From: Podarcis vaucheri
Lineage: Eukaryota
Reading direction: 5' to 3' (one strand)
DNA: 64,000 nucleotides
NCBI GenBank assembly: GCA_965113315.1
Contig: OZ220363.1
Shown here: positions 62,372 to 64,000 of the stretch, in pieces
How the letters are laid out: the number at the start of each line of letters is the position of its first letter
Position numbering within the stretch: the stretch's first letter is position 1
Notes under the pieces: generated by a model
The model's database searches: none
Seen by the model: the letters and a program-made list of their open reading frames with translations, nothing else
What the model was told of the DNA's origin: nothing
Program-made: the position numbers and the translations under genes

Positions 62372-64000
62372 GTACTGAGTGTTCATTCTTCCCAAAGTTA
62401 CTGAGTGTAAAGTTTAGGTTTCAGTGAAATTTGTTACTTTCCTGCTCTTTAGCCCTGCCTATATTCTGTTTTTGGAAAACCCCCATAAAAGCTGACTAGA
62501 TGCATGATAGAAATATGATAGAAATTCTCTGGGATCTTCCTGAATAACCTAGACTGGTTTACAGTCTGAGAGGTAGCAGTTGGCACCATATCTTGTTGGG
62601 AATACAGCTCCTTTAATTGAGAACAGATTTCCTCCTAAGACAGACAGCTTCTTGCAGGACAATTTCAGCCCCAAGGAGTCTCCATGCTAGTGCGTGAGAA
62701 AAACTCCAGGTTACTGGCTCCCTGACCAAACAGAAGAACCAAGTGCATTTCCATGAGTGATATGGAGCTGAACATCTGCTCCCACTCTGAGGCCCAGGTC
62801 ATGTTCTCTAAAATAATTCACATGCAACAATCCGTCTTAGCAGCATCAAGGAAATACTGTATGCGCTGACAAGGTCCACTAGATGCCAGCAATTCATGGG
62901 AACACAGGGGATATTTTTTCGTTCCCTGTGCTCATGCAAGTCACCATCAGAAACTTTTGGGGTTTCAGCAATTCACAACACACTTTTTTCTTTTGCCTGG
63001 TTTGGTGGGGATTTTGGTGCTTTAAGTCTACAAACAAGCATGTTAGTGTGACCCTTGTCATCCAGCTGCATGCATACCTTCTGCAACCAACAAACAGATT
63101 ATACCAATGGGGGAGAGGGAAACTAACATCATATTCCTCCTCCACTGTTCTTGGAATCAACTCCAGCACAGAATCTTCTTTCTTCTAGCTAGCAGTGATA
63201 ATGAAGGAAAGCCTGTGACTAGTTACTCCTCCATCATTCCTAGATCTAGCTAAAACTCAACAACAGCAGACAGAATCCTGTATGGCCTTCTAATCATTTA
63301 ATTGCTGTGAGACCACCGTGGGAGCCAATTTTTGGTTGAAAAGCAGGATGAAAAGGCAATGAGCTAATAAATAATGGGTCTTTTTTGCTCGCTCTTTAGT
63401 TGGCAGGAGTAGCAGAGCATTGTAGCTTACTGAGAGTATTGAGGAACACGCAGGTCCTCATGGTTGTTTCTATTTTCTGGCCTATGTTGAAGCACCTCAC
63501 AAGGAAAAAGTAGTTACTTCTGAATGCTCACGTTTTCCTCAATGGCTTTCATCTGCCTTGTGCACAGTTCATGGCTAGTGTATTATAAAGATTACACAGT
63601 CTGTAAGAAGATTAGCCTTGGGGTTCTTTTCTGATGGCTCTTCCTCATAAACAGAAGTAAACACACTCAATCCTGATCAGTGTCTAAGTCTGTTTTTTAT
63701 TGTGCTTCAGCTTTAAAAAATGATGAAAACAAGACCTCAAGTGATTAAGGAAATGAAGGTGTCTCAAACGATAATTAAACTAAAAATATGCGGACCCCCA
63801 TGAGTATAGGTTATTTGTTCAACTTATGTATTCAGTTTATATTAACAAACAAATGCCATATGAATAGAACTAATGATTTTGTGCATGTTGGTACTTGCAT
63901 AAACTAGGTTCTGTGTTAGGGAGTCTTACACTGTGATTTAAAAGTGTGGAGGGTTATAGCTGCCTTTGCATAACTGATGTGTGGATTTTTCAATATCAGA

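Noticed and set aside
1-64000. A novel multi-gene or prokaryote-like system; snoRNA or rRNA genes; U12-type introns
   Set aside because: All convincing coding signal is explained by PTPN4, EPB41L5 and retroelement remnants. All reconstructed introns are ordinary GT-AG, and no RNA gene was recognisable.

Overview
This is vertebrate genomic DNA. The repeat content (Sauria SINE, a tRNA-Ile/CR1-tailed POM/Squam2-like SINE, CORE/L2-tailed SINEs, Penelope remnants) points to a squamate, most likely a lacertid lizard. Two spliced protein-coding genes lie head-to-tail on the + strand in the conserved PTPN4-EPB41L5 order. (1) PTPN4: the last 7 coding exons (3640-10983, 265 aa of the PTP catalytic domain with intact KNRY, WPD, HCSAGIGR and Q-loop motifs), then a ~7.6-7.8 kb, nearly repeat-free putative 3'UTR. 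(2) EPB41L5: a CpG-island promoter at ~22-23.5 kb, a non-coding first exon and coding exons 2-16. These are followed by an alternative terminal exon (56863-57049) giving a 507-aa short isoform ending in the PDZ-type motif -VTDL, and by two exons of the long isoform, which runs off the window. All exons were reconstructed with GT-AG boundaries and consistent phases. Exon numbers follow my recollection of the human genes. Introns carry many non-autonomous DNA transposons (Tigger-like, hAT, Harbinger-like), CR1 and L2 fragments, SINEs, a solo LTR and microsatellites. Most entries in the ORF track are spurious. I see no evidence of a new multi-gene system. The most notable observations are the EPB41L5 terminal-exon switch, a recursive-splice-like exon start, a chimeric two-TIR element with alternative hairpins, a TSD-less solo LTR inside a CR1 upstream of the EPB41L5 promoter, Penelope remnants with decayed hammerhead motifs, and a miR-183/miR-17 seed cluster in the PTPN4 3'UTR.
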